DNA of 64,000 bases from a bacterium UBP8_UBA817 (GTDB taxonomy: Bacteria; Margulisbacteria; Marinamargulisbacteria; CAMDBA01): positions 92,603 through 156,602 of the forward strand of contig CAMDBA010000001.1 of the NCBI GenBank assembly GCA_945888995.1, written 5' to 3'. The notes under the pieces are model-generated. The model worked only from the letters and a program-made list of their open reading frames with translations. It did no database searches and was not told where the DNA came from. The position numbers and the translations under genes are program-made. Each line of letters opens with the position of its first letter. Positions within the stretch are counted from its first letter, which is position 1. This document shows, one piece after another, positions 19,094 to 28,145 of the stretch.

Positions 19094-20567
19094 AAGTTTC
19101 CGGCAAATCAAGACCTACTGGGCGAAGAACCGCGTGCCGTTCTATTTTATCAGCGGGACAGTTTTTAATCTCATGAATTTCGATCAATGGGTTCGACGGT
19201 TTACATTTATCCCATTTATTGATGTGGATGATGCTCGCAATAGAGCCGTATTCTGTCCCGACACACAGGGCTTTACGATGTTCCGATCTTCGGAAGAGTT
19301 GGTGAAATACCTGCTCGGACATAAGTCCGTTATAGAAAAAATCGCCCGGGATCGCCGTGGTTTGCCTGAATCGGAGAAAAAGAGTCAAGCCTTGTTTCTG
19401 TTTTTTGACTCAGAAGTCGAGGAGATCTGTGCCCAACTGGGAATAAATCGCTGTATGTCTGGGCATAAAATTTCAAAAATGCTAGACAACAAAATCGTCA
19501 CCACTCAACTCGGTAATAAAGTCGGGGTGAAAAGCGTTCCAAATGTTCTGGCTCACGTCGATAGCTATAAAACCTTAAAACGTTTGGCCCAGATCCACCA
19601 CCTCAGTGACGCGCTTGTGGTCCAAACTGCATACGGAGATTCGGGTAAAACCACCTACTTCATCCAAAACGAAGACGACTATAACCACTATCGCACTTAT
19701 ATCGAACGTGAATCTCAAGTCAAAGTTATGAAGCGTATTTCATGTTCTAGCCTTGCGATTGAAGCGTGTGCAACACGGTGTGGAACGTTTGTAGGGCCTT
19801 TAATGGGAGAGCTGATCGGGGTTCCGTCTTTGACACCTTTTAAGGGAGGATGGTGCGGCAATGATACGAATCCTCGTTTATTTTCCGATGAGATACGGAC
19901 CCAGGCGCAAGCGATGACGGTTCGCCTTGGCAATGCCCTATACAAAAAAGGATATAAGGGATGCTTCGAGGTCGACTATTTAATCGATCGGGAATCCGGA
20001 GAGCTTTATCTCGGAGAGTTAAACCCTCGGATCAGCGGCATCACTGCTTTAACGACTTTCTCTGCAAAAGCGCCCGACATGCTTCCGCTTTTTCTCTTTC
20101 ATCTGATGGAGCACACAGACGTTGAGTTTGACCTTGATCCTGAACTATTCAATAAAATCACCCGTCATCGCGCCAGTCTTAGCGGCGGGGGCCAACTAAT
20201 CTATAAATATACCGGGCATGATCTTAAGATGATCGACTCAGCGCCAGTCTCTGGTGTTTATCAACTCGATGAAAAGGGCATGCTTATTCTTAAGACAGAA
20301 AGTACAAAACGAGAAGAGGCCGTAGGCCATAACGAGGTTTTTTTAATGCGGCTAATGAAAGAAGGCGAGTATGCATATAAAGGGTGTGATTTGGCCATTT
20401 TGTTCGTCAATACACCTCTCTTAGGGCCGAAATTTGGTCTTACTCCCGCCGCAAGGCGTTGGATTTCAGCTGTAAAAATGGCTTATCAAATCCGCCCCCT
20501 TACCCTCGAAGAACAGGCCATAGTCGACCGTTACACCAACCCCGGTGTCAGGCTTAAAGGAGGTTAG
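19065..20567 (+). CDS. ATP-grasp amide ligase ('biotin carboxylase'-annotated type)
   Basis: LDNKIVTT, VVQTAYGDSGKTT, GCFEVDYL, YLGELNPRISG (ExNxR). Confidence 0.8.
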   Translation: MPSSPPFPLKSFRQIKTYWAKNRVPFYFISGTVFNLMNFDQWVRRFTFIPFIDVDDARNRAVFCPDTQGFTMFRSSEELVKYLLGHKSVIEKIARDRRGLPESEKKSQALFLFFDSEVEEICAQLGINRCMSGHKISKMLDNKIVTTQLGNKVGVKSVPNVLAHVDSYKTLKRLAQIHHLSDALVVQTAYGDSGKTTYFIQNEDDYNHYRTYIERESQVKVMKRISCSSLAIEACATRCGTFVGPLMGELIGVPSLTPFKGGWCGNDTNPRLFSDEIRTQAQAMTVRLGNALYKKGYKGCFEVDYLIDRESGELYLGELNPRISGITALTTFSAKAPDMLPLFLFHLMEHTDVEFDLDPELFNKITRHRASLSGGGQLIYKYTGHDLKMIDSAPVSGVYQLDEKGMLILKTESTKREEAVGHNEVFLMRLMKEGEYAYKGCDLAILFVNTPLLGPKFGLTPAARRWISAVKMAYQIRPLTLEEQAIVDRYTNPGVRLKGG

Positions 20568-21551
20568 GTGATGACATCAGGATTACATAAACGGTTTCGA
20601 TCTGTTTCGGAAGTGCACCCGAATCAGCAATGGGAACACCTCTACCAGGCCTCAAAGTCTCACTATATTCAGTGGTTCTTAAAAGAAGGGGAGTTTAACC
20701 GTCCGAGTTATCGTGAGTGTGCCCGGGCTTTGGAGACCTATATGCCGGAACTCGTGCCGATGTGGAAGCACTTGGTCACTCTGTCCGGTGGCGGAGATCT
20801 TAATGCGCGGATGTTGAGTTTGTATTGTCATACACCTTTTGCATCTGGATGTTCCCAGGCCGTCTGGACACGGTATCAGCCAATTTTAGTCCGGAATTAT
20901 GACTACGATATTAACAAATGTGAAGGCCTTATTTTGAAGAGCCGTTGGCATGATACGGAGGTCATCGGGTCAACAGATTGTCTATGGGGAATTTTGGATG
21001 GCATGAATGCCCATGGACTTGCGGGGTCGCTATCATTTGGCGGACGTGATGAGATCGGTGCGGGGTTTGCCATCTCTCTGATCCTCCGCTATGTTCTGGA
21101 ATTTTGCAAAACGACCGAAGAGGCAATCGCTGCGCTTTGCCGAATCCCGTCTCATATGGCATATAACGTGACGCTTTTAGATGCGAATTCACACGTTACA
21201 ACCGTGGAGATTTCGCCTATGGGCCCACCTGAAATCACCAATCATCCTGTTTCAGTGAACCATCAGGGCGAGTTTGAGCTCACCGAGTACACGAAGTTCT
21301 GTCGATCTTACGAACGGGAACAAGTTTTATATGACCGGCTCTACGACCCTTCGATCACACTCGAGTCTTTTGTGAACGGGTTCGAATACGCCCCGCTTCG
21401 CGTGACCGAATACGGACAGGGGCTTGGTACATTATATACCGCCGTCTACAACCCATCGTTACGTGCAATGGAATATCGGTGGCCCAACCACAAACGGCTC
21501 TACCAATCTTTTAACGCGTTTGACGAGGGAGAAGTCGACGTTCGGTATTAA
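20568..21551 (+). CDS. C45-family Ntn hydrolase/acyltransferase
   Basis: Autocleavage site G|CSQ, LVRNYDY, LDGMNAHGL, VNHQ; AAGGAGG RBS; no signal peptide. Confidence 0.85.
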   Translation: MMTSGLHKRFRSVSEVHPNQQWEHLYQASKSHYIQWFLKEGEFNRPSYRECARALETYMPELVPMWKHLVTLSGGGDLNARMLSLYCHTPFASGCSQAVWTRYQPILVRNYDYDINKCEGLILKSRWHDTEVIGSTDCLWGILDGMNAHGLAGSLSFGGRDEIGAGFAISLILRYVLEFCKTTEEAIAALCRIPSHMAYNVTLLDANSHVTTVEISPMGPPEITNHPVSVNHQGEFELTEYTKFCRSYEREQVLYDRLYDPSITLESFVNGFEYAPLRVTEYGQGLGTLYTAVYNPSLRAMEYRWPNHKRLYQSFNAFDEGEVDVRY

Positions 21552-22408
21552 TCGAGATACAACCATTCCCGACTTGTTTTTACGGAGGCAAACAAGGCCT
21601 TGAGGGCATCTCTATCTTTTGTTTGGATTAAGAATTCCAGCGCTTCGAGACGGTTTTTGATGATGGTGATTTCGTTTAGGATTTCGTTAGAATTATAAAA
21701 ACACACGTCTGCCCCCCATTCCGGTGCAGATTCGGCCACGCGGGTCACATCATAAAAGCCGGAACTGATGACTTGTTTGAGAAGGGTACGATCGGTGTTT
21801 GATAACGTCTGAGTGGCCTGAACGGTTAAGCCAGACATCAAATATGGCACGTGCGAGGCGTATGCCATCAGCCGGTCGTGAGTGTCTGCGGCGAGTTCGA
21901 CCACACGGAACCCGAGGGATTCAATAAATGATCTAAATTCCCGGTACCGGGGGTCTGGATTCGGAACCAGGATGTAGGTTTTACCGTCGAATAAACCGGC
22001 GTCCGCATGACCGACACCTGTTTTTTCGCTACCTGCCATTGGGTGGCCGCCGATGAAGAGCTGGGACGAGCCGAGCCCATAGGCGTGCTCACAGATTTCT
22101 TTTTTTGTACTGCCCACATCGGTGATGAGGAGGGGATGCTTGAATTTAGAAACGAGTTGGGTCACGGTGGCAGGAATGTCTTTTATAGGGGTGCATACAA
22201 ACACCAAGTCAACATCGGGGTCCAAGGCGTCCAGAGAGGTTCCGCCTGCGTCGATCATGCCCATCGTTTTGGCCGTCACGATCGTATCTGCACTGCGGGC
22301 AACCGCCGTCACCTTGACCTCGGGAGTCGCTTCCCGAATTCTTCGCGCCAACGACCCCCCGATCAGACCAAGTCCGACAAATCCGATAGACCGATACGCG
22401 CTAGGCAT
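21548..22408 (-). CDS. tyrA: Prephenate dehydrogenase
   Basis: GLGLIGGS, TDVGSTK, GGHPMAGSE, SHVP. Confidence 0.93.
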   Translation of the reverse strand: MPSAYRSIGFVGLGLIGGSLARRIREATPEVKVTAVARSADTIVTAKTMGMIDAGGTSLDALDPDVDLVFVCTPIKDIPATVTQLVSKFKHPLLITDVGSTKKEICEHAYGLGSSQLFIGGHPMAGSEKTGVGHADAGLFDGKTYILVPNPDPRYREFRSFIESLGFRVVELAADTHDRLMAYASHVPYLMSGLTVQATQTLSNTDRTLLKQVISSGFYDVTRVAESAPEWGADVCFYNSNEILNEITIIKNRLEALEFLIQTKDRDALKALFASVKTSREWLYLD

Positions 22409-22781
22409 GAACAGACTGCTTTGCCGCCTGGTCGGGTCTGAGCCGGCTCGCGTCTTTCAGGTAAACAGGGACCATATCGGACTGTGCCTTCTCGGTGTTC
22501 ACGTGAACCAAAACCCGGATGCATTTTTCCAGGCTTCCAGGAACCGAGATTTCGTTAAAACAAAGAAGTGGCGTATCCACCCATCCCATTTTTCTGGCTG
22601 CTAGAGCGGGAAACTCCGCATTCAAATCCTGGGTAATCGAAAAAAAGATCGAGGCAATATCCGGTACTTCGAGTCCGTTTTTCGCGATCATTTCCTCTAA
22701 TAACAATTGGGTCTCGGCCAAAATATCTTCTTTGGTATTGGCCTGGCAGACGATGGCGCCTCTAATTCCTCTCAAAAACAT
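22401..22781 (-). CDS. aroH: Chorismate mutase, AroH type
   Basis: RGIRGA, DLNAEFPA, CIRVL, LRPD. Confidence 0.95.
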   Translation of the reverse strand: MFLRGIRGAIVCQANTKEDILAETQLLLEEMIAKNGLEVPDIASIFFSITQDLNAEFPALAARKMGWVDTPLLCFNEISVPGSLEKCIRVLVHVNTEKAQSDMVPVYLKDASRLRPDQAAKQSVHA

Positions 22782-23313
22782 AGCTTAACTCCTTTACTAA
22801 AGCATCTATAAATGACTGTTTATCATAGATTATACCGGTTTTCTGACGCAATGACGTAGCAATCAGACGTAATGGTTTGGGAAAGCGCACTTGATTTAAA
22901 TTCAACCCAATACCCACTACTACAAATCTCGGTGTTCCGGACCCACCTGCCGTTTCGATGAGAATTCCACCGCATTTTTTGTGTTCTAAGATAATATCGT
23001 TCGGCCACTCCATCTGAACGGAAATACCGGTTAGCTCACCAATGAGACGAACCAGATATTCCCCGATTTTTGTATGATATAGGTCCAGCAAGGCAAAATC
23101 AAACGTCGCAGGTCTCAGAAGCAGGCTAAAGTACAAGCCACCTTCCGATGCAGAATACCAGGTTCTTCCTTTGCTGCCTCGCCCTTTGGTTTGCCGATCG
23201 GCCACGATGGCGAGGGGAACGGTTTCGACATAGGCTTCGAGGCGTTTCGCCATTTCATTGGTCGAATCGACGCTTTGCAAGTACAGAACCGAATTCTCGT
23301 TTTCTGTGCTCAT
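22762..23313 (-). CDS. birA: Biotin--protein ligase (catalytic domain only)
   Basis: DSTN, QTKGRGSKGRTW, WPND, KCGGILIE, GIGLN. Confidence 0.85.
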   Translation of the reverse strand: MSTENENSVLYLQSVDSTNEMAKRLEAYVETVPLAIVADRQTKGRGSKGRTWYSASEGGLYFSLLLRPATFDFALLDLYHTKIGEYLVRLIGELTGISVQMEWPNDIILEHKKCGGILIETAGGSGTPRFVVVGIGLNLNQVRFPKPLRLIATSLRQKTGIIYDKQSFIDALVKELSYVFERN

Positions 23314-24185
23314 GCGGGCATGATTCCGGCGGTGATCAGATCACGGTTGATTTGGGTGATTAAGGCATCTTTATTCGGGAATTTTTCTTCACCGCGGATT
23401 TTTTCTTGGATAAATACTTTTAAGTGTTGGCCATATAAATCGCCTTCGAACCCATGAATATATACCTCCACTGCGACCGGATGACGCGTCTCAAACGTGG
23501 GTTTGCGACCGATATAAATCATCGCGGGCCATTGAACGAACTGATGAAGAACGTATCCGGAATACACCCCGGACTGAGGAACGAGTTTATTTTGAGGCAA
23601 CTTCAAATTTGCAGTCGGAAATCCTAATTGGCGGCCCATTCCCTGTCCTGCGACGACTTCGCCGATCATCAAGTACGGATGCCCCATGAGCTTTACGGCA
23701 TGGTCAAAGTGATCCGATTCGAGTTCTTTTCGGATGAAGGAGCTTTTGACGATCTTGCCGTACAGGCTATAGGCCGGCACTTCGATCACGTCAATATGAT
23801 GCTGAGAAGCCCATTGGCGTATGAGGGCGACATTTCCTTTTTTTTGTTTTCCGAATTGGAAATCGTATCCGACGACTAAGGTCTTTGGCTTCAGGATACC
23901 GCCGATAAAACGGTCCAGAAATTCCAACGGTTCCAGCATCGCTAAGGTCCGGTCGAACGGCAGAATTAAGAGAGTCTTCATCCAATAACGAAGCTCTCGT
24001 AATGTGGTCAGGCGTTTGAGATTGGGGGTTTTACCAAGGCTTAATGCCGGATGCGGGTCAAAGGTCAGAAGGTGCGAACAGTGGTTTTGGATCTGAGCGT
24101 GTCCCAGGTGCATGCCGTCGAACATTCCCAATCCCAAAGCACGGATGTTCTGTTGTTTCAGCCCTCTGATCCTGTTGTTAGTCAT
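23310..24185 (-). CDS. ribF: Riboflavin kinase/FAD synthetase
   Basis: GMFDGMHLGH, GRQLGFPTAN, IRGEEKF. Confidence 0.93.
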   Translation of the reverse strand: MTNNRIRGLKQQNIRALGLGMFDGMHLGHAQIQNHCSHLLTFDPHPALSLGKTPNLKRLTTLRELRYWMKTLLILPFDRTLAMLEPLEFLDRFIGGILKPKTLVVGYDFQFGKQKKGNVALIRQWASQHHIDVIEVPAYSLYGKIVKSSFIRKELESDHFDHAVKLMGHPYLMIGEVVAGQGMGRQLGFPTANLKLPQNKLVPQSGVYSGYVLHQFVQWPAMIYIGRKPTFETRHPVAVEVYIHGFEGDLYGQHLKVFIQEKIRGEEKFPNKDALITQINRDLITAGIMPA

Positions 24186-24879
24186 GAGCGGTATTAAATA
24201 ATCCTTTTTGAATTGTGTCTAATGAAAGTTCCCCATATCCAATGGCATTCGCGACATCAAATTCGCCGATTTTGAGCCGGGCAAGATCTTTGGCGTAGGC
24301 CCCGACACCCAGCTCCTGTCCGATGTCATGGACTAGTGAGCGGATATAGGTTCCTTTTGAACACTCTACGGTAAAAATCACCTGAGGATGCGGTGCGTCA
24401 ATAAATGCATCGACCGCAATCGAGTAAATATGAACTTCCGTCGCGGCCTTTTCAACGGTAATGCCTTTTCTGGCCAGTTCATATAAACGCTTTCCGCCGA
24501 CTCTTCGTGCGGAGAAATCCGGCGGCACCTGATGAGACTCCCCCACTTTTGACATAATCGCCTTGATAATGAGTGCTTTTGACAATGACACGGGAGATTG
24601 CGAAGTTAGTTGACCGAAGGCATCATAGGTATCCGTAGTCATACCCAGTACCATCGAAACGCGATATTGTTTCGGTAGCGCCTGGAACATATCGATCTGA
24701 CGAGTAAACGTTCGGCCGAGCGCCACAATGAGCAATCCCGATGCAAACGGATCCAACGTTCCCGCATGTCCCACCCGTTTAACTTTGGTGATACCGCGGA
24801 TACGGCGAATGGCATTAAATGACGTGGGTCCGACCGGCTTTTCGATCAGTAAAAACCCATTCGACTCAGCGTTAGACAC
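24178..24879 (-). CDS. truB: tRNA pseudouridine(55) synthase
   Basis: VGHAGTLDPFASG, CSKGTYIRSL. Confidence 0.95.
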   Translation of the reverse strand: MSNAESNGFLLIEKPVGPTSFNAIRRIRGITKVKRVGHAGTLDPFASGLLIVALGRTFTRQIDMFQALPKQYRVSMVLGMTTDTYDAFGQLTSQSPVSLSKALIIKAIMSKVGESHQVPPDFSARRVGGKRLYELARKGITVEKAATEVHIYSIAVDAFIDAPHPQVIFTVECSKGTYIRSLVHDIGQELGVGAYAKDLARLKIGEFDVANAIGYGELSLDTIQKGLFNTAHD

Positions 24880-25825
24880 TACGGCTCAACGTCTCCCGAA
24901 GCGCATTTACCACCTGGCCGGATACTGTTTCCAATGTTCCCGGTAAGGCAAGACCGGCTGCTTTACGGTGTCCGCCGCCGCCGAAGGTGGCCGCAAAATC
25001 TGCGACGTTAAAATCGGTTTTGGAGCGGAGGTTTATTTTTATCGTCCCGGCTGAATGCTCCCGGAAAATTAAGACGATGTCCAATTCCGCCAACCGCCGC
25101 ACAAGATCCAAGACCTCATAACCAAACGGCGCAACGACTTCGGGCAGCAGACAGTAGCCATATCTGAGCTCAGTATCGATGATTAAGGAATTCAAGCCGA
25201 CTTTGATCGCTTCAAAGGCAGCCAAGGGTAACTGTTCATACATCGTATGGTAAATATGAGCGGTTTTTGCGCCCGATTCGACGAGACGCGCAGCAGACCT
25301 AAATGTCTGAGCGGAGACATTGCTATGCGCGAATCCACCGGTATCAAATAAAATCGCGGTGTATAAACAATTGGCCATGTCTTCGGTAATCGGCCAATCA
25401 AATTCCTTAAAAATACACGACAATAACTCGCCCACAGACGACATACCGGACACGTAATTAGCCTGCCCAAAATAGGTATTATCTTGATGATGGTCGATGT
25501 TAATCCAATACGCATCTGGATTGACCTGGTCCAGCTGACGAATGCGGTCCAGATTCGAGGCATCTAATGATATCACGGTGTCATACGTATATCCGGAAGG
25601 AAGCGCAGTCACAATCTCGTCGGAATCCGGCAAGAATTCCGCGTGTAGCGGCAACGTATCCGGCACCCAGATCAGCACTTGTCGGCAGAGACGTTTTAAT
25701 TGCTGATACATCGCCAAACATGACCCGATCGCATCGAAATCCGGATCACGGTGAGTGACAATCACGAAGCTGCGAAGAGGATCTGTTAAGAGAGAGCCAA
25801 TCTCTCTTAGATCAGCGTTCGGCAT
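24872..25825 (-). CDS. DHH/DHHA1 phosphoesterase (NrnA-like)
   Basis: HRDPDFDAIGS, IDHH, DTGGF, GGGGHRKAAG; ATG 25825 overlaps rbfA end. Confidence 0.9.
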   Translation of the reverse strand: MPNADLREIGSLLTDPLRSFVIVTHRDPDFDAIGSCLAMYQQLKRLCRQVLIWVPDTLPLHAEFLPDSDEIVTALPSGYTYDTVISLDASNLDRIRQLDQVNPDAYWINIDHHQDNTYFGQANYVSGMSSVGELLSCIFKEFDWPITEDMANCLYTAILFDTGGFAHSNVSAQTFRSAARLVESGAKTAHIYHTMYEQLPLAAFEAIKVGLNSLIIDTELRYGYCLLPEVVAPFGYEVLDLVRRLAELDIVLIFREHSAGTIKINLRSKTDFNVADFAATFGGGGHRKAAGLALPGTLETVSGQVVNALRETLSRSV

Positions 25826-26162
25826 CTTCTTTGGAAATTTCGTTAATTCGGGCCACCAGAGCCGCTGCTTTTTCGATGGTATCATCAAAAATAAAGCGCA
25901 CGCGGGGAATCTGTTTCATCCTGATTACCCGGCCTATTTCACCCTTGATGTAGCCTGCGGCTGTGCTCAGAAAACTACGGGTCCGTTTTTTATCTTCATC
26001 GGATCCGATTTGGCTGTAAAAAACTTTGGCCACGGAAAAGTCTTTATCGACTTCAACCTTGGTCACCGTAATAAAGCCGACTTTCACCGGATCCAACTGC
26101 CGGTGAATAACCTGGACTATCTCGCGTTTAAGGAGTTCTTCAACTCGATCGATACGTGCCAT
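25812..26162 (-). CDS. rbfA: Ribosome-binding factor A
   Basis: RIDRV..ITVTKVEV..IPRVRFIFD; follows infB. Confidence 0.93.
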   Translation of the reverse strand: MARIDRVEELLKREIVQVIHRQLDPVKVGFITVTKVEVDKDFSVAKVFYSQIGSDEDKKRTRSFLSTAAGYIKGEIGRVIRMKQIPRVRFIFDDTIEKAAALVARINEISKEDAER

Positions 26163-26168
26163 GTCGGC

Positions 26169-28145
26169 CTACTTTCGTTTCTTTTCCCTTATATCGAAGC
26201 AGACGATGATATCGCCTTCTTCATATTCGTGGAAACCATCCGCCACAATACCGCATTCAAATCCGGTCGCGACTTCTTTCGTGTCTTCTTTGAACCGTTT
26301 TAATGATTCCATTTTACCCCGGAAGATTTCTTTTTTGTTGCGTAGAATCTTCATTTTTGAGTTCCGAACAGCTGTTCCGCTGGTAACATAACACCCTGCG
26401 ATTACGCCGACACGAGAGAATCTGAATAACTGCCTGACTTCCACACGAGCCGTTTCATATTCTTCGAATTCGACTTTAAACAGACCTTCGATAACAAGTT
26501 TAACGTCATCAACGATGTCATAAATAATTTTATATCTCTTGATCTCAATGCCTTCTTCGTCGGCGATTTTCTGAGCTTCAGGATTAACAGAGACTGCAAA
26601 CGCTACGACAATCGCAGATGAGGCTTTTGCCAACATAATGTCATTTTCATTGACAGGTCCCGTTGCGGAATGCAGAACGGTTACGGCTACGTCTTCGCTT
26701 GGAATCTGTGCTATCGAGGCTAAAATAGCCTCTAGCGATCCGTTTACGTCGGCCTTCACGATTAAGTTCAGCTTCCGTACGCCACCTTCTTCAATCTGTT
26801 GAGACAGAGATTCGAGGGACATGGCTTTGCCGGCGCTGGCATTCAGATTTTTCTCCTCTAATAAGCGTTCTTCGGCTAATTGACGGCATTCACGTTCTGT
26901 TGCCATCACTTCCAGGATATCTCCCGGACGCGGCACTTCGGAAATACCCATAATCTCAACCGGCATTCCAGGCGTGACTAATGTTAGGGGTTTACCCAAA
27001 TCATTCAGAAGCGCCCGTGCTTTTCCGGCAATATGGCCGATAACAAAATTATCTCCGACACGCAGCGAGCCTGATTTAATCAATACCGTTGCAACCGGAC
27101 CTTTTTTACGGGACAGGCGGGATTCGATAACCACGCCTTTTGCCGGATTATGATGGTTAGCCTTGAGCTCAAGGGTATCGGCAAGAAGGAGGATCAGCTC
27201 TAAGAGTTCATCAATTCCTTTTTTTGCCTTAGCGGATACCGGAACAAAAATGGTGGTACCACCCCAATCTTCGGACACCAGCTCATGCTGTGCCAATTGC
27301 TGCTTACACATTTCGATGTCGGCTTCGGGTTTATCTACTTTATTAAGGGCTACCAAGATCGGCACGCCCGCCGCTTTTGCATGGTGAATGGCTTCGATGG
27401 TTTGAGGTTTGCAGCCTTCTTCGGCCGCGACAACCAGAATCGCAATATCGGTCACCTGAGCGCCTCTGGCACGCAAGGTCGTAAAGGCAGCGTGACCGGG
27501 AGTATCTAAAAAGGTCAGCTTACGGCCTTTGACTTCGACCTGGTACGCCCCGATATGCTGGGTAATACCGCCAGCTTCTTTTGCCACGACGTTGGTCATA
27601 CGAATAGTATCTAATAAGAGGGTTTTTCCGTGATCGACGTGTCCCATAATGGTAATAACAGGCGCACGATCAGTCATCGCGTCCGGATCGCGTTCCATGT
27701 CATCTTCATGCATTTGATCAAGCTGATCCCGGATCGAGGAAGAGAACTTTGAAATCGGCTTAATCGACGACTCGATATCCAGATCAATTTCTAATCTTTC
27801 CGCGATTTCTTTAGCGGTCTGGGCATCAATTTCGGAATTAAGGGTTAACGACAGCCCCATTTGAAGCAAACACTTCATAATATCGGGAAGACGAACGCCT
27901 AATTTAGACGCTAATTGGGTAATAGTGAGGGAGCGTTCATTCAAAACGATTGTGCCGACTTCATCGGAAATGGCATTTTTCTTATCGTCTTTTTTAACGC
28001 CTTTAAATAATTCACGGACGGTCTGAACGACATCATCTTCTAATTTAGTAGATGATGACTTAACTTTGACATCAACTTCATGTAAGAACTTGATAAAGTC
28101 TTTATTAGACCGGCCTAACTCTTTTGCTAAATCCTGAACTTTCAC
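26169..28145 (-). CDS. infB: Translation initiation factor IF-2
   Basis: GHVDHGKT, EAGGITQHIGA, DTPGH, NKVD, SLKRFKED. Confidence 0.97.
   Translation of the reverse strand: MKVQDLAKELGRSNKDFIKFLHEVDVKVKSSSTKLEDDVVQTVRELFKGVKKDDKKNAISDEVGTIVLNERSLTITQLASKLGVRLPDIMKCLLQMGLSLTLNSEIDAQTAKEIAERLEIDLDIESSIKPISKFSSSIRDQLDQMHEDDMERDPDAMTDRAPVITIMGHVDHGKTLLLDTIRMTNVVAKEAGGITQHIGAYQVEVKGRKLTFLDTPGHAAFTTLRARGAQVTDIAILVVAAEEGCKPQTIEAIHHAKAAGVPILVALNKVDKPEADIEMCKQQLAQHELVSEDWGGTTIFVPVSAKAKKGIDELLELILLLADTLELKANHHNPAKGVVIESRLSRKKGPVATVLIKSGSLRVGDNFVIGHIAGKARALLNDLGKPLTLVTPGMPVEIMGISEVPRPGDILEVMATERECRQLAEERLLEEKNLNASAGKAMSLESLSQQIEEGGVRKLNLIVKADVNGSLEAILASIAQIPSEDVAVTVLHSATGPVNENDIMLAKASSAIVVAFAVSVNPEAQKIADEEGIEIKRYKIIYDIVDDVKLVIEGLFKVEFEEYETARVEVRQLFRFSRVGVIAGCYVTSGTAVRNSKMKILRNKKEIFRGKMESLKRFKEDTKEVATGFECGIVADGFHEYEEGDIIVCFDIREKKRK

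Noticed and set aside
12254-21551. Module as a mobile element or genomic island
   Set aside because: No integrase, transposase, flanking direct repeats or adjacent tRNA seen; a compositional shift could not be quantified by eye
22495-22510. parS-like GTGTTCACGTGAACCA in aroH
   Set aside because: Four mismatches to the consensus; likely chance around a CACGTG core
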